DNA from: Octopus bimaculoides
Taxonomy: Eukaryota
DNA: 64,000 nucleotides
NCBI RefSeq assembly: GCF_001194135.2
Contig: NC_068981.1
Span: 8,346,357 to 8,410,356, forward strand
Direction: 5' to 3'
The notes below the pieces were generated by a model. The model ran no database searches, had not been told where the DNA came from, and saw only the letters and a list, made by a program, of their open reading frames with translations. The translations under genes and the position numbers were made by a program. Below are positions 13,020-26,167 of this stretch, piece by piece. How positions within the stretch are numbered: the first letter of the stretch is position 1; every line of letters starts with the position of its first letter.

Positions 13020-13430
13020 CCATGCACCCAAAGGGCTAACCAGGTCATAATATTGGCAGGAGACACGTGTTGTCATCTCCATCAGTGATAATATCCTATA
13101 ATTATCTGTAGTTGTTTCACTAAAGTCACACTAACTACACCACCACCACCATATGTGTGTCCAAGTTCAGTTACTGATGTAGTCATGGTGCTTGATTCAG
13201 CAGAAAGTCTGGCAGAGTGAAAGAGGAGATCACGGTCTGTACAGTATGAGATCTGGGTACCAGGTGGTGGCTTTGGTCATCACAACTCCAAACACAGATG
13301 AGTGAGAGAAAAGAATAGAGAAGCAATTCTACAGCTCTAACTTGCTCTAGTTCCCATTTAAAACTGTGAAGGAAGACTGACACTAAGCAAAAGGTTTGGT
13401 GTAATTTCAGGGAATCTTTGTAAGCAGCCA
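13020..13430 (-). mobile_element. RTE LINE endonuclease C-terminal fragment, inverted relative to the adjacent RT fragment
   Basis: Minus-strand ELLLYSF... then K.TTW / PRSH (frameshifted), resembling the RTE endonuclease motif N..LLL.FC...KTTW.HPRS. Confidence 0.5.
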
Positions 13431-13439
13431 AGTTTAACA

Positions 13440-13900
13440 GTTTCCATTTATGGAATCAAAGAAAGCCATGTGCAGAGGTTTGTGTTACTCAAAGCATTTC
13501 TCTTGTAAGTGGCTACAAAAGATGCACCACTGCCTCTGAAAAGAACATTTCAAAGACTTGTGACAATGCAACCAATGAAAGATCACCCTTGCACAAGTTT
13601 AAGAATAGACGGCCTAGTTGCATCATCTAACACCTCCAAAACTAAAGCAAAGAAAAAAAAAACCTGGGGGGGGGGTCTGATGGGATCCTGTCTGAGATGT
13701 ATTCACTTGAGAAGGGAGGCTTAACAACAATGGTTCACATACTGCTTCTGCTAATTTGGACACAAGAGGAAATCAGATATTTGACCATTTGAAGAAGGGA
13801 GGTAAACCAGATTGTAACAACTACAGAATAATCTCACTTGAGTCAACTGCTGGTGAGAATTTTGCTCAACTGATTCGTCCCATCACCAGAAACTCTCTGA
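13440..13900 (+). mobile_element. RTE (BovB-like) LINE fragment, RT N-terminal region
   Basis: SDGILSEMY...KGG......LLLLIWTQEEI, then after a frameshift KKGGKPDCNNYRIISLESTAGENFAQLI, matching the RTE motif KKG.K.DC.NYRGISLLS.AGK. Confidence 0.8.
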
Positions 13901-14012
13901 ATTTTCAATCATTGTATTTTAATTCTGCTAGTCATTCTATTAGTATGTTAAATGGTGTACAAGGCTCTATTGGGCAGTTAATCACTAAAAATTGGTATTA
14001 CTATTACAGCAG

Positions 14013-14580
14013 CAAGCGAACTGGCAGACCGTTAGCTCACTGGACAGAATGCTTCGTGGTATTTTATCCATCTTTATGTTCTGAGTTCAAATTCCACTGA
14101 AGTTGATTTTGCCTTTCATCCTTTCAGAGTCAATAAAATAAGGAACAGCCAGTAGGGGGGCTCTGAAAGGGGGTCTCACGGAGTAACGTCCCTGCCTTCC
14201 TGAGCTAGTTTTTTCACCACATTTCTTAAAAACTGTGGTAGAGGCCTTGGTCTCGGGACCACTTGTGTCTAGAAACTGAGGTTCTGGTGTAAGCAAGGGT
14301 ATGCTCCCTGTAGAAAATCCAGCTCCAAAAAAGCCTCATGATAGCAAAGGAAAATTAGGCACCAGCCAGCCCAAAGGTTGGGGTGGGCTGCACCTGCCTA
14401 CCTCAGTTGCTATGGCATTGAGGTAGATCCGGCCACCCCCATTAACAGGGACAAAACCCAGATTTAAAACACTGAATGATGATGATGATGATGATGATAA
14501 GTGGCGTTGATGTAATCAACAAGCCCCACCCCTCAAAACTTCAGGTCTAGTGCCTATAGTAGAAAGGATTATCGTTATCA
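14013..14580 (+). mobile_element. tRNA-derived SINE family C split by a nested GAT-tailed element (about 14154-14498)
   Basis: 5' half GTTCTGAGTTCAAATTCC...TTTGCCTTTCATCCTTTC...AAATAAG. 3' half GTTGATGTAATCAAC...GTGCCTATAGTAGAAAGGATTATC resumes after (GAT)n. Uninterrupted family C copies at about 540-780(-) and 16850-17075(-). Confidence 0.7.
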
Positions 14581-16046
14581 GTAGAATTACAAGCAGAAAT
14601 ACCATCCTCAGTTTTCTACAAGTCAATCATGATATTACAATCATCATCATGTTCTGCTTTGATTCTGTCAGTCTGCAGATCCAACATGTGCGGATTCTAC
14701 CTTGGAATTGGTTGAGGAATATTAAGAAAATATACAAGTGCTCTCCCATGGTAAGTAAATATAAAAAATATGTAAACCAAAAGGGAAACTTAATGATTGA
14801 AACAATGTCGAAATAAAAGACTTTTCTGAAGGAAGAAGTTTCTCATGTTATGCCAACAATGTTGGAGAACAAGAACATTGGAGAGAAAGCATCAACAGAA
14901 ATATTTGAAAATTAGCAACTGAGTTGAAGTTCTGTTGTATAAAGTCTTCTCTTTATGAGAGAGTGAGACAGACAGACAGACAGATAACTGCAGTGAGATC
15001 AAACAAATGAAGTACAAAGCAGAAGTATTTTAAGTAAATTAGTGATTTTAAAAGTATCCGTTTAATTGAAATTTATAATGACAAGAGAAGAAGTCATTGA
15101 CGAATGCTTTCCCATACAAGTTTTACATAAATTTAGTTTGACTGAATTATTAAGCAACGATAATTAGTTGATGAGCAAAACTTTAATGTTCATTTATGTT
15201 AGAATAATGCTCATTCATCCACTCACCCACCCCTCTCTCCCATCCACACACACCCCCAGTTCTCCTACCCCCCCTCACACTTCTATTCAGCTCAGATCTT
15301 AAGGCTCTTCCCATGATCCCTCATCATTACTATTTTTACCTCTTTCCTGCTCCACCCATCCACTGCCACCCTCTCTTCTAGCAAAAAGCCTTTTTTGTTT
15401 TTTGGCCCCTTCTACCATATTTTAACCCCACCGCCTACCCTCTCTTCTGTAACCCCAATTGGATGGGGGTCTTAATCATATAAGCTGCATAAGGGCCTCG
15501 CTAGTGCCATGAAAAAAGCACCAAGTACATGCCATAAAATGGTTGGCATTAAGAAGGGCATCCAAGTGTCAAAGCAGACACTGAAATAAGAGGTTGGGGT
15601 TCAAATCTGTTGGGTCCTTTGAAACTGTCCGACCCAAATCAACATAGAACACGGACGTTAAATGTTGGCGATGATGGAAAAAGATGCAGGATACAACCAA
15701 CACATCCAGATTACAAATGGACATCATACTCTATTGACCCGTCCTGATGGCAGAAGAATCACATCTCTTAAGATAATTGCTTCCAAGTTGTAGAAATATG
15801 CTGTTGAGTGAGAGAATTAAAACCCGTTTCACCAATTCCATTCAATAACTGAATTGGGTGGATGAAGAATAGAGGGTGGGCAGAGAATGTATATATATAT
15901 ATATGGTGATCAATAGTAAAAGGGTGGACAGATTAGAGGGTGATGAGCAATGACTGGGTGGATGTACAATACAATTTGATCAGAAGAGTAACAGGGTGGA
16001 CAGAGAGAGAGCAGAGTAATCACCAGTAATTTACATAACAAGCACA

Positions 16047-16080
<34 letters not shown>

Positions 16081-17272
16081 CGCACCACATTTTTTTAATT
16101 TTTCTCACAGCCATTGTTGTTAAACAAGAAATATTTCTTTTCTTTGAGTTCAGCAATTTTTTTTTTTAATCACATTTAGATATGGGAATGAAGTTGTAAT
16201 GACAAATACATGGTTGTCATCACCACCACCACCACCACCACCAGCAGCAGCATCGTCGTCAGTATTGTTGTCATTGTCATCATCACCATCATTGTCATCA
16301 CTGTACATCTGCTTTCCCATGCTAGCATGAACGTGTTTTACACCCGATACCTTTTAGCTGTGTCTTATGACAGAAAACCAGGAGAGACACAACCAGACAA
16401 ATGTCCTCCTACCCTTGTAACAATACTATACTCTCAGAGTAGACGAATATAGAGCTTGGAGAATAATTAACAGTGTTTTATAACCCAGACATCAAATATG
16501 TCTGTTTCAAGAATTATAAAAGAAAAGGAATAAAAAAAAGTTTATTTTAATAAACACATGAAATAAAACATCAACTGCTTGGTTATTCTTAGCAAGTGGT
16601 CTCATTAATGAATGATTAACCAAGTGAAGTTTAGACAAGAGAAGTAACACTTATTTGAGTAAAGTAGAACGAAGAGGCCACACATTGGTCTAAATGAAAG
16701 GAAACAACAACAACTGGGAGGGAAAACAAAGCCACAAAGATGACTTCTAGTTTGTTATAAATACAATGCAATCATTAATAGATTGTAATCTCTGACACCC
16801 AAAACTATTTCAAAGGAAATAAATGGCCGTAGCTTAGTATATTATTGATTTAAAATTTTGGCATAAGGTCACCAATTCCGTTGGGGGAGGGGGGGGGGGG
16901 GGGGGGTAAGTTGATTACATTGACTCCAGTACTTAACTGGTACTTATTTTATTGAACCACTACTGCAAAAGTGATGAAAGGTAATGAGGACCTCAGCAAA
17001 ATTTGAACTCACAACGTAAAGACAGACAAAATGCCACAAAGCGTTTTGCCCAGCCAAGGAACAATTCTGCCACCAAGTTTACTATACTATTAACTGTTTG
17101 TAGCTGTGTGGTTAAGAAGTTTACTTCTCAACCATAGGGTTTTGGGTTCAGTCCTATTGAGTGGCACCTTGGACAAGTGTCCTCTTTTATAGCCCAGGGA
17201 TGGCTGAAGTCTTGTCAGTGGATTCTGTAGATGGAAACTGGAAAAAGCCCATTGTACACACACACACACACA

Positions 17273-17312
<40 letters not shown>

Positions 17313-17564
17313 CGTGCTCTTGTCATCTTCTCATGTGATGGTTGTAAACAAGCCTCACTGGTACCCAAGAGACATTGATCATTTCCAATCTTCTGTGAAA
17401 AACATGTCTTGTCACAGGGAAATCTGATCTTGCTTGGAAACAAGTGAAGGTTAGCAACAAGAAGGGCATCCAAGTCTAGAAAATCTACCAATTCCAACTG
17501 ACCCATGGAAGCATAGGTCTGTGAAAATATGGATGATGATGATGATGATGACACCCCCACCCCT

Positions 17565-17773
17565 GTGACTTACTCGGTGCCCTCACTAGCACTGGTGCCA
17601 CAAAGAAAGCATCCAGTACACTCTGTAAAGCGGTTGGAATTAGAGGAAGGGCAGAAACCAAACCAACACAGACATTGGGAGCTTGGTGTAGTCTTCTGAC
17701 TTGCCAGATCCTGTCAAACCATCCAACCCATGCCAGCATGGAAAGAGGACATTAAATGATGATGATGATGATG
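17565..17773 (+). mobile_element. Short RTE-tail element (SINE or 5'-truncated LINE)
   Basis: TTACTCGGTGCCCTCACTAGCACTGGTGCC...CCATCCAACCCATGCCAGCATGGAAAG...(GAT)n. More than 20 related copies, e.g. about 1560-1800(+), 10270-10430(+), 15490-15680(+), 18505-18610(-), 27890-28070(-), 33315-33470(-), 35020-35190(+), 36115-36260(-), 43078-43220(-), 49040-49320(+), 54270-54440(-), 60555-60775(+), 60830-60990(+). Confidence 0.8.
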
Positions 17774-17854
17774 ATATTCTCTTATTTTCTACACCTACCT
17801 GACAACCTATTTATTAGTATGTGCATGCTACACACACACACACACACATATATA

Positions 17855-18085
17855 TCATCATCGTCGTTTAACGTCCACTTTCCATGCGAGCATGGGTTGG
17901 ACGATTTTTGATTGAGGACTGGTGAAACCGGATGGCTACACCAGGCTCCAATCTGATTTGGCAGAGTTTCTACAGCTGGGTGCCCTTCCTAACGCCAACC
18001 ACTCCAAGAGTGTAGTGGGTGCTTTTACGTGCCACCAGCACGAAGGCCAGTCAGGTGGTACTGGCAACGGCCAAGTGTAATAAAT
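17855..18085 (-). mobile_element. Young, CpG-rich RTE-tail element
   Basis: CATCATCGTCGTTTAACGTCCACTTTCCATGCGAGCATGGGTTGGACGATTT...GAGGA. Nearly identical to the copy truncated by the window end at 63931-64000. Confidence 0.85.
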
Positions 18086-19053
18086 GGTGTATTTTACATG
18101 CCACACATTGGTTCTCAGCCTCCGTGAATGTAAGTAGGTAGGTATAGAAAACAAGAAAATCAGTGTGTATTGAAAGAGTAGACAGATTACACTGTGATGA
18201 GGCTGGGAGTCATATTTTAAAATAAATTATTAGTTAGTTGGAGGTTTATTAAGAAAAAAACGCAAATTAATCAGTAAGACGAAGAGGAGATCAATGAAAG
18301 AAGCAATGTCTTTCCTTTCACAACCACAAGACACATTAATGAAATCACTTCCCAAAAATCTGTGTTTGTTTCTACAAAGAAGAGAGGTGGGGGCAATACA
18401 CTGAGCTGAATCTTGTCCAGTGAATCACTGGTACCAATGTTATTGATTCAGAGTAAAGAGAAATGACAATAAACCATTGCTATTAGTATCCCTTGGGTGT
18501 TTCCATCATCATCATCATCCTCCTTTAACATCTGCCCTCCATGCTGGCATGGGTTAGACAGTTTGACAGAAGCTGGCAAGCCAGAGGGCTGCACCAAGCT
18601 CTGGTAGTGTTATAAACCCAATGAACTGGCGTTTGTTTGTCTGTTGATATTATTTGGACACAAAGAAGTAGTGACATGTGGAAATTAGAACCCAAACACA
18701 AAGAATGATGATTATGCTGTCTACAGACTCAGTTCCACAACGATTAACGACTAATGGTACAATGTCCGTTTCCTCAGAGATCAGTCATAAATATAAAGCA
18801 AACATTTAAAAATTTCCTATGATTGACAACAGTTCAGTGCTTAATGAAAATAACTTAGGAGCAATTAAAAAAAAAAAAAAAAACTAGGTTAATAATTTAG
18901 AGTGAATTATTATTACAAGATGACAGTGGCTGCTTTTGACATTCCTCAACTGGTTAATATGAATCAATGAGAGTTTCTAGATAAACACGGACTTGAATAA
19001 CTGAGGTAAAAGATTCAGCAATGGTTGCTAACATACAATATATAATATACACT

Positions 19054-19089
<36 letters not shown>

Positions 19090-19090
<1 letters not shown>

Positions 19091-19245
19091 GGCACAGGCA
19101 TGGTTGTGCGGTAAGAAGCATGCTTCCCAACCACATGGTTCCGGGTTCAGTCCCACTGCATGGCACGTTGGGCATCTTCTGCTATAGCCTCAGGCCGACC
19201 AGAGTCTTGTGAGTGGATTTGGTAGATGGAAACTGAAAGAAGCCT

Positions 19246-19281
<36 letters not shown>

Positions 19282-19670
19282 NNNNNNNNNNNNNNNNNNN
19301 NNNNNNNNNNNNNNNNNNNNNNNNNNNNNNNNNNNNNNNNNNNNNNNNNNNNNNNNNNNNNNNNNNNNNNNNNNNNNNNNNNNNNNNNNNNNNNNNNNNN
19401 NNNNNNNNNNNNNNNNNNNNNNNNNNNNNNNNNNNNNNNNNNNNNNNNNNNNNNNNNNNNNNNNNNNNNNNNNNNNNNNNNNNNNNNNNNNNNNNNNNNN
19501 NNNNNNNNNNNNNNNNNNNNNNNNNNNNNNNNNNNNNNNNNNNNNNNNNNNNNNNNNNNNNNNNNNNNNNNNNNNNNNNNNNNNNNNNNNNNNNNNNNNN
19601 NNNNNNNNNNNNNNNCCAGCATGGCCACAGTCAAATGACTGAAACAGATAAAAGAATAAAAGTAAAAGAA
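19090..19670 (+). mobile_element. SINE family A copy spanning a gap
   Basis: Head at 19090-19250. 3' module CCAGCATGGCCACAGTCAAATGACTGAAACAG after the N-run. Confidence 0.75.
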
Positions 19671-19699
19671 TATATATATATATATATATATACATATAA

Positions 19700-20050
19700 T
19701 CTTTTATTTTTTACTTGATTCAGTATTAGACTGTGGCCATACTGGGGCACTGCTTCGAAGGGTTTTGTTGAACAAAACAACCCCATTACTTATATTGTGT
19801 TTAAGTCTGGCACTTATTCTATCAGTTGCTTTTGTTTAACCACTAAGTCACAGATACATAAACAAACACCAATTGGCAAGTGGAATGACACACACGCAGA
19901 CACACACTTGCCCCGTCTACCAAAGTCACACAGATGGCATTGGTCAGCTTCGGGCTACAATGGAAGACACTTGCAAAAGGTGCTTAGTAGGACTGAACCC
20001 GAAACCTTGAGGTAGCAAAGTCAGCTTCTTAACCACACAGCCATGCCTGC
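19700..20050 (-). mobile_element. SINE family A copy, inverted relative to 19090-19670
   Basis: TTCAGTATTAGACTGTGGCCATACTGGGGCAC... through GGACTGAACCCGAAACC...CTTAACCACACAGCCATGCCTG. Confidence 0.8.
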
Positions 20051-20771
20051 AAACTTGCTTTGTATGAATCCCAATCAGGTCATGTCTGCTACAAGACATG
20101 AAATGGCTTATCCACAAGAAATCTACCCAAGTTCACAGGTTATTTTTCTACTGCTACCAATATGTGATGTGTTTTCACCTTTTACTAGTCTGACTATAAT
20201 CACCAATATATGCAGTGTTACTATCATCATTCTTTAGTCTTATTACCACCAATATATATATATATATATATATATATAGTGTGACTTTCATCATTCATTA
20301 GTCAAAGTGTCAGTGAACCAATGGTGAAGCTATTAAGCAAATGGTTTCTCTAAAACTGGAATGGGTTTGAGAAAAATAATAAAGTCTGAAACAACAAACT
20401 TGCTCGTCAATTAGACCCGTAATCAAAATAACAATTGTTATTTATATAACTGCTGATGAATAAATTAATCATTAAACATTATATGTCACTATGACATCCA
20501 TTGAATTGTTGCTAGTGAAAATTCAATCAACACTTACTCAGAATATTATACGTGTGGGGGGGGGTGCATGTGAGAGAGCGTGAGGGAGAGAGAGAGTATG
20601 TTTTAAAAAAAATTAAATAATAAACAAACACTTCAGAATATTCAGATCATCATCATCTCTCCAATTATAATATTCACTAATTATATTTCAACGACCATAG
20701 GACCATTGTAATAGTCTGTGCTTTTAGGTTTCCTGACTTAAATTAATTGTAAATCTTTGGATAAATTTTAA

Positions 20772-20991
20772 CCCTTTAGCATTTAAACTTGCCATATCCA
20801 GCCCAAATGTTCAACCCATTTTATGCTTAAACTGCACAGATCCATCCTTTCACACCTACCCTACAATGCTACTAAAAAAAAACAATCACATCATCAAAAA
20901 ATCTCAAAGCTACAAGATGATATGTGATTAGTGCAAAATAATATGAATAAATAAATATTACATTTGACAGAATAATTTGAATGCTTGTGGG
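20772..20991. mobile_element. piggyBac-type MITE family 1
   Basis: TTAA (20768-71) | CCCTTTAGCATTTAAA ... TTTGAATGCTTGTGGG | TTAA (20992-95), i.e. TTAA TSD with imperfect TIRs. Relatives at about 25803-25950, 26168-26363, 31880-32010 (reverse) and 46270-46470 (reverse). Confidence 0.75.
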
Positions 20992-21899
20992 TTAATCCAA
21001 CAAATTTCTTTTTCTGTCTAAATATCTGATTGATTGTAAATTGCAAAAGAAAAATGCATTCAGTTCCTGACAGAAATATTTTCCTGTCGTTTTGAATGGT
21101 ATTCATTTATTGTTGTTTTTTTTTTTTCCTGTTATGGATTTTCTGTAATAAAGCAGTCCATTTGGTAAGTAATGCTGTATATATGATTATTTATATATGA
21201 TTACACACGCATACACAATCAGGATAAAGATTTGCTAACACACTTCTTAACCACATAACCATGCCAGTGATTAAATAAGTCAATCCCACAGCCATGCCCT
21301 GTGCCTCCACATTACTGAGATGTATCTCTACACATTCAAATATATTTGTGTTTGCATTTTTTACAAATGAGAAAGAAACAATGCAAAATTGAGAAACCTC
21401 ACCATTTCCAATACCAATCGCAATAAAACAATCACATTCCAGGTTTACACCAAACATTAATCCAAGAACTTAGGTAAAAGTCTTTTCTTCCATGAAATTA
21501 GATACCATTGCCCTGCTAATTAACCCTGTTGACATTTTCTGTTTCAATGACATTCAAGAAGCCACCAACAAGTTTAACCACTCCCACAAGTGAAATTTTA
21601 AAAAAAATAAACAAATATGATTGAATTTACAACAAAACAAGAAAGAAGTCAAATTTAAGAAAGAAAGAAATTTAAAAAATGTATTGTTTATGGAATTGTT
21701 GTTCTTATGTTTGGAGCTGAAAAAGACAAGCATGTACCTGACATTTCTTCATTCTTTGACCATTATTTCAGTTATGGCCTTGCTAAGGAAACAGTGTCTT
21801 TTAGGAGGTATACGAGTGGGGGTCATTGTGGCCAGGGACTTTGAATGTAGATAAGCTGATCCGCCATTGTTAAGAGATATCCAAAACAGTCATTGTGCT

Positions 21900-23640
21900 G
21901 TTCCTTATTTTTTAGGAGAGGGGTAATTAAAACAGAGACCTTTAAAGGCTACTCTGTAATTAGTCAGTGGTGTAATTAGAAAGAGTAATACATGCTTCAG
22001 TCGACAGATACATTTAGTTTGTTGCCGGTTGTGGTGGTGGCAGTGGGGGGTGGGTGAAACAGTGGGAATTCAGAAACCAGAATGACCAATGGAAGAAATT
22101 GAAAGATTCAATGAGACCAGAATGGTCTTATATAATACTAACATTGAAATATTAAGCCATTAGCTGCCATCTACCCTTATTTCAATAAATTAGGGTTAGG
22201 TTGGTGCTCAGGATGAACAGCTGAGAGATGATGATGTGAGTGGGAAGGGTATATACAGTGTAGAGAAAAGACTGAGGACTGTGGTTAGCAAGGGCCCTGG
22301 GAGGGGAGACATCACATCCATGGTCCAGAGAATGGAGTATGTTGGTGAAAGGGTCCTTGCCAGTCAACCGGATGGCCTTCCTTTGGATGCAACCCCAAAG
22401 GTTTTTGTATGAATCAACAGCAAGGCTCAATATATGGAAGCAGTACTTTGTAGACAGAAAGGAGCTGTTTAGGTTTGGGATAGTTCCTAACTCTGAAGAA
22501 GTGATGACAAGTCATTGGCACACTGATGATGATTATGATGATGGTGATGATGTCATCAGGGAAAAATATCAATGATTGGAGGTTTAATATTTGATGATTT
22601 TTTTTTTAAAGATTTAAGTTCCATGTTCTCCAAGACTAGAGAAGGGGATGAGGGACGAAACCATTTCCTTCAGGTGTGTAGTGATTGTGTTGTTGAAGGA
22701 AAGTGTCATGTTGCCAAAGTCTCTATCCAAGAAGGCCATGCTTCTTCAATATTGGTCTCTACTGCCATAACGGTCTTTCTCTGACAAACAAGTGTGAAGC
22801 ATTTCATTGGTTTAGCATTATGGGCTTTGGTGCTGTGGAGGAAATGGACAGATATGCTCAAGAGGAAAACCTTTGGATCACCTACTTAGAAGGGACGAAT
22901 GGGGTCAGAAACCAAAATAAATGAGTTAATGTAATACTGGCAAATGTTCCAACAAATGGCTGGCATGAATTGGAATCAGAGAAAATGGTGGCATCATTGG
23001 GTAGTGTGTTGATGTGACAGTCGTTGGTCAAATGATGTGAGAGGTAGAGAGGCAGAAGAGGGAGGGAGGGAGGGAGAGAGAGAGAGATGAAGAGTAAATG
23101 GAGTGTGTATAGAGGAGGATAGAGGTTCTTGCAGAGAGTAAAAGATAAGATAAGAACAGCCTCAACAACATGGGAGAAGATTGAGAGAAAAGAAGGAGAA
23201 CAGTGAGAACAATGCCTTTAGAAGGAAGAAGAGCAGCGAATGACCTCATTGCAGAGTGCCAAGAGCAGCAAATGTAGTTATGTAGTAGGTGTGAGGAATG
23301 TAGAACTGGAACCAGCAGAGTAATTGGAAGTCCTTGTTGTTGATTTCCAAGTTAGAAGTGAAAGATAGAAGACTTCATCTTTCAGAGTTGAAGAGTCAAA
23401 GAGAGAAGCAAAATTCATGGATTTTGTTTTTGAGTGGTTTTTAGTGATGGGGACAGAATCCATGAATGTTCAGAAAAGGAGAGGAAATTGTTTGGCAAGT
23501 GTTGATGAGCTTGAAACACATCTAAGGGAGGATCTTCCCTGTAGATTAGCCATAAGGAGCAGGGACCACCACTGCTCCCAAAACACACTGTTATGCAGCT
23601 CTTGTGGTTTATCTTGCACCAATTTCTAGCTTTTTAGTAT
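21900..23640 (-). mobile_element. Decayed CR1/L2/Jockey-group LINE ORF2 remnant
   Basis: Minus-strand peptides KTKSMNFASLFDSSTLKDE (about 23450-23390), a degenerate LDI.KAFDRVWH-like segment (about 22760-22700) and IQRKAIRLTGKDPFTNILHSLDH (about 22390-22320). Boundaries approximate. Confidence 0.55.
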
Positions 23641-25439
23641 TTCTCTAAACTTAGGCTAACAACAACAGAAGATGAAGAAGATAAATCTTTTCTATTTTGT
23701 TTCTTTACTTGTTTCAGTCATTAGACTGTGGCCATGCTGGGGCACCACCTTGAAGAATTATTAGTCGAATGAATCAATCCCAGTACTTTTTTTGTTTAAG
23801 CCTGGTAGTTACTCTATCACTCTCTTTTGCCAAACCACTAAGTTACAGGGACATACTAACACTGGTTGTTAAGCAATGGTGGGTAACAAACAAAGACACA
23901 CACACACATACATAACTGTATTCTTTCACTCGCAAGGCTTTGGTCAGCCCAAGGCTATTGCCAAAGTGCCATGTAGTGAGACTCAACCAAGATTAAAGTG
24001 TTCCACTAATGTGAGGGATGAGTCAGGATTACTTTTCTATAGCTTATCAATGAATTCAAATAAAGCTGATAATGTCTGTATTGAATAACAGTGATATTCT
24101 GTGAAATGGCTTTTCAAGTAACATTTTGTAAGAATTCCTTATTGACTCAAAGAAAGCCAGCCAGATGGATCTTAAAAGAAAACAGAATTATCAGTATTGT
24201 GTAGACATTACTGTTAAGTTTTGAATAATGACATCTTGGCTCAAACTTCCAGAGAAAATCTATTTTAATCCACAAAAAGAAGGGAAATTTATTAAGACTA
24301 ATCTCAAAGCTCAACAGAATAAAACCAATCTGAGATTAATCCTTGGAAAGAGCTTTTGGTGTGAATATTTGCTGATACATTACAGTGTGTGTGTGTGAGA
24401 GAGAGGTTACATTTAGTAAATCTATGCTATCATCTACCCAGGATAAATCTACTCTAGACCTAATAATCTTCCACTGATTATACTAAAAATAACTATATCA
24501 AACCACAGAACCATCCAGACATTGGCAAACTTCTTGAATTAAGAGGCAAATTTTGATTAATTTTAAAATGTTGTTTACCGAAAAATCTCTGTGGTTATTC
24601 GTTAAGCTAAACAAGCAGTGCACAGTTATATACAAATAAGAAACTTTGAAAAACGCATGTTTTCAGTAAACAACGACAGTATGATATATATTATTTGACA
24701 GAAGAGAAACAGAAAGTCTAAAATGTATTTCGGTCAGGAAGCTAAAAAAAAAATAAGAAAAGAAAAGAAAAAAGGAGGGTGTTTGCATGAAAGGCTGTCA
24801 AACAGTCATGTTTTAAACAAATACCAACTTTTCTTTCACTTTTTGTTGAAAATTATTTCCTTTCCAACAACAAATATTATAACAAATACATTTCACCACT
24901 GAAAAAGAAAAATTCAGCTGGGAAAGTAAAGTGGAAGGAATTGAAAGAAGAAGAAGAAGAATATTATCAAAGAAGAAAAATTTTTAAATCTACTGCTTTT
25001 TAGATCAAAGATACATTGACCACCTCCCCTCCTCTCACTCCCTCCCTACACACACAAACCACCTCCTTCACATATAAAGTACTTTGTATAATGTCTGTGT
25101 GTCAAGTGAACCTGGCTATAAATTATGAACGAATCAGTCAAAGAATTTGTCGAGTCACAAAAATCCCCCAAAATACATAAAATTTGAAAAGCAGAATTTT
25201 TACTTTTAGGGAGAGGGGAATAGGAGAGGGGAATAGGAGAGGGGTGAAATGGTTATTTAAGAAATGCTAAATTACAAAACTAACAGAACATTTATATAAC
25301 TAGCACCCATTGTTGAGTTCTTGAAGTTCAGGAGAAAAAAACTGAGCACAGATTTGAAATTTCAAAAGGAAACAATGCAACAGAAGAATATTTAGCAAGA
25401 AAGTGAAAAATTTTACACAAAAAATTACCATTATATGCA

Positions 25440-25730
25440 CAGGCATGGCTGTGAGGTAAGAAGTTTGCTTCCCAACCACATGGTTCTAGGTTCAGTCCCA
25501 CTGTGTGACATCTTGGGAAAGTGCCATCTACTATAGCTTTGGGCCAACCAATGCCACAAGAGTGGATATGATAGATGGAAACTGAAAGAAGTCTGTCATA
25601 TGTGTGTGTTGTGGAGTCTGTGTCAGTGTGTTTATGTCCCCACATGTTAGATTGGCAAAAGAGACTAATAGAATAAGTACCAGGCATTAGAATAGAAAGA
25701 AAAAGTCCTGGGGTCAATTCATTCAACAAA
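25440..25730 (+). mobile_element. SINE family A copy
   Basis: AGGCATGGCTGTGAGGTAAGAAGTTTGCTTCCCAACCACATGG...GAAACTGAAAGAAG...AATAGAATAAGTACCAGGC. Confidence 0.8.
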
Positions 25731-26167
25731 AAGATGATAAAAATCCCCTGCAGTAATGAAGGATTGTAAGATTTAATTATTATATGCGGGGGNNNNNNNN
25801 NNTACTCCCGTAGCATTTAATTTGGTCATATCCAACAAATATTCTACCTGTTTTATGTTCAAACTAACCAGATCCAGTCTCTCACACCTACCCTACAATG
25901 TTATTCTAAATATATTTAAACATACCATTGGAATCTTGAAGCTAAAAAGTTAATTAGGCGAGTCTTTGAAAAAACAGAAATTGCAGTTCATGGGTGAAAT
26001 GAAGAAATTATCAATTTGGAAATGGAACAACATGATTCAAAAAACTTCTTCTTGAAGAAAGAGGTACCAATCAAAGAAACAAGAAATTTAATTCCATTTT
26101 GAGGAGTGAATATGGTGTTGAATGTTGAAGTTTAGTTTGTATTTTAATTGTGATATCTGCATTTTAA

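Noticed and set aside
16882-16907. Poly-G run as a functional G-quadruplex
   Set aside because: It lies in the variable linker of a family C SINE and is C-rich on the ERK sense strand. Likely slippage.
19147-19718. Long ORFs spanning N-runs (also 39599-40677, 41072-41428, 50013-50468)
   Set aside because: Open only because N codons contain no stops.
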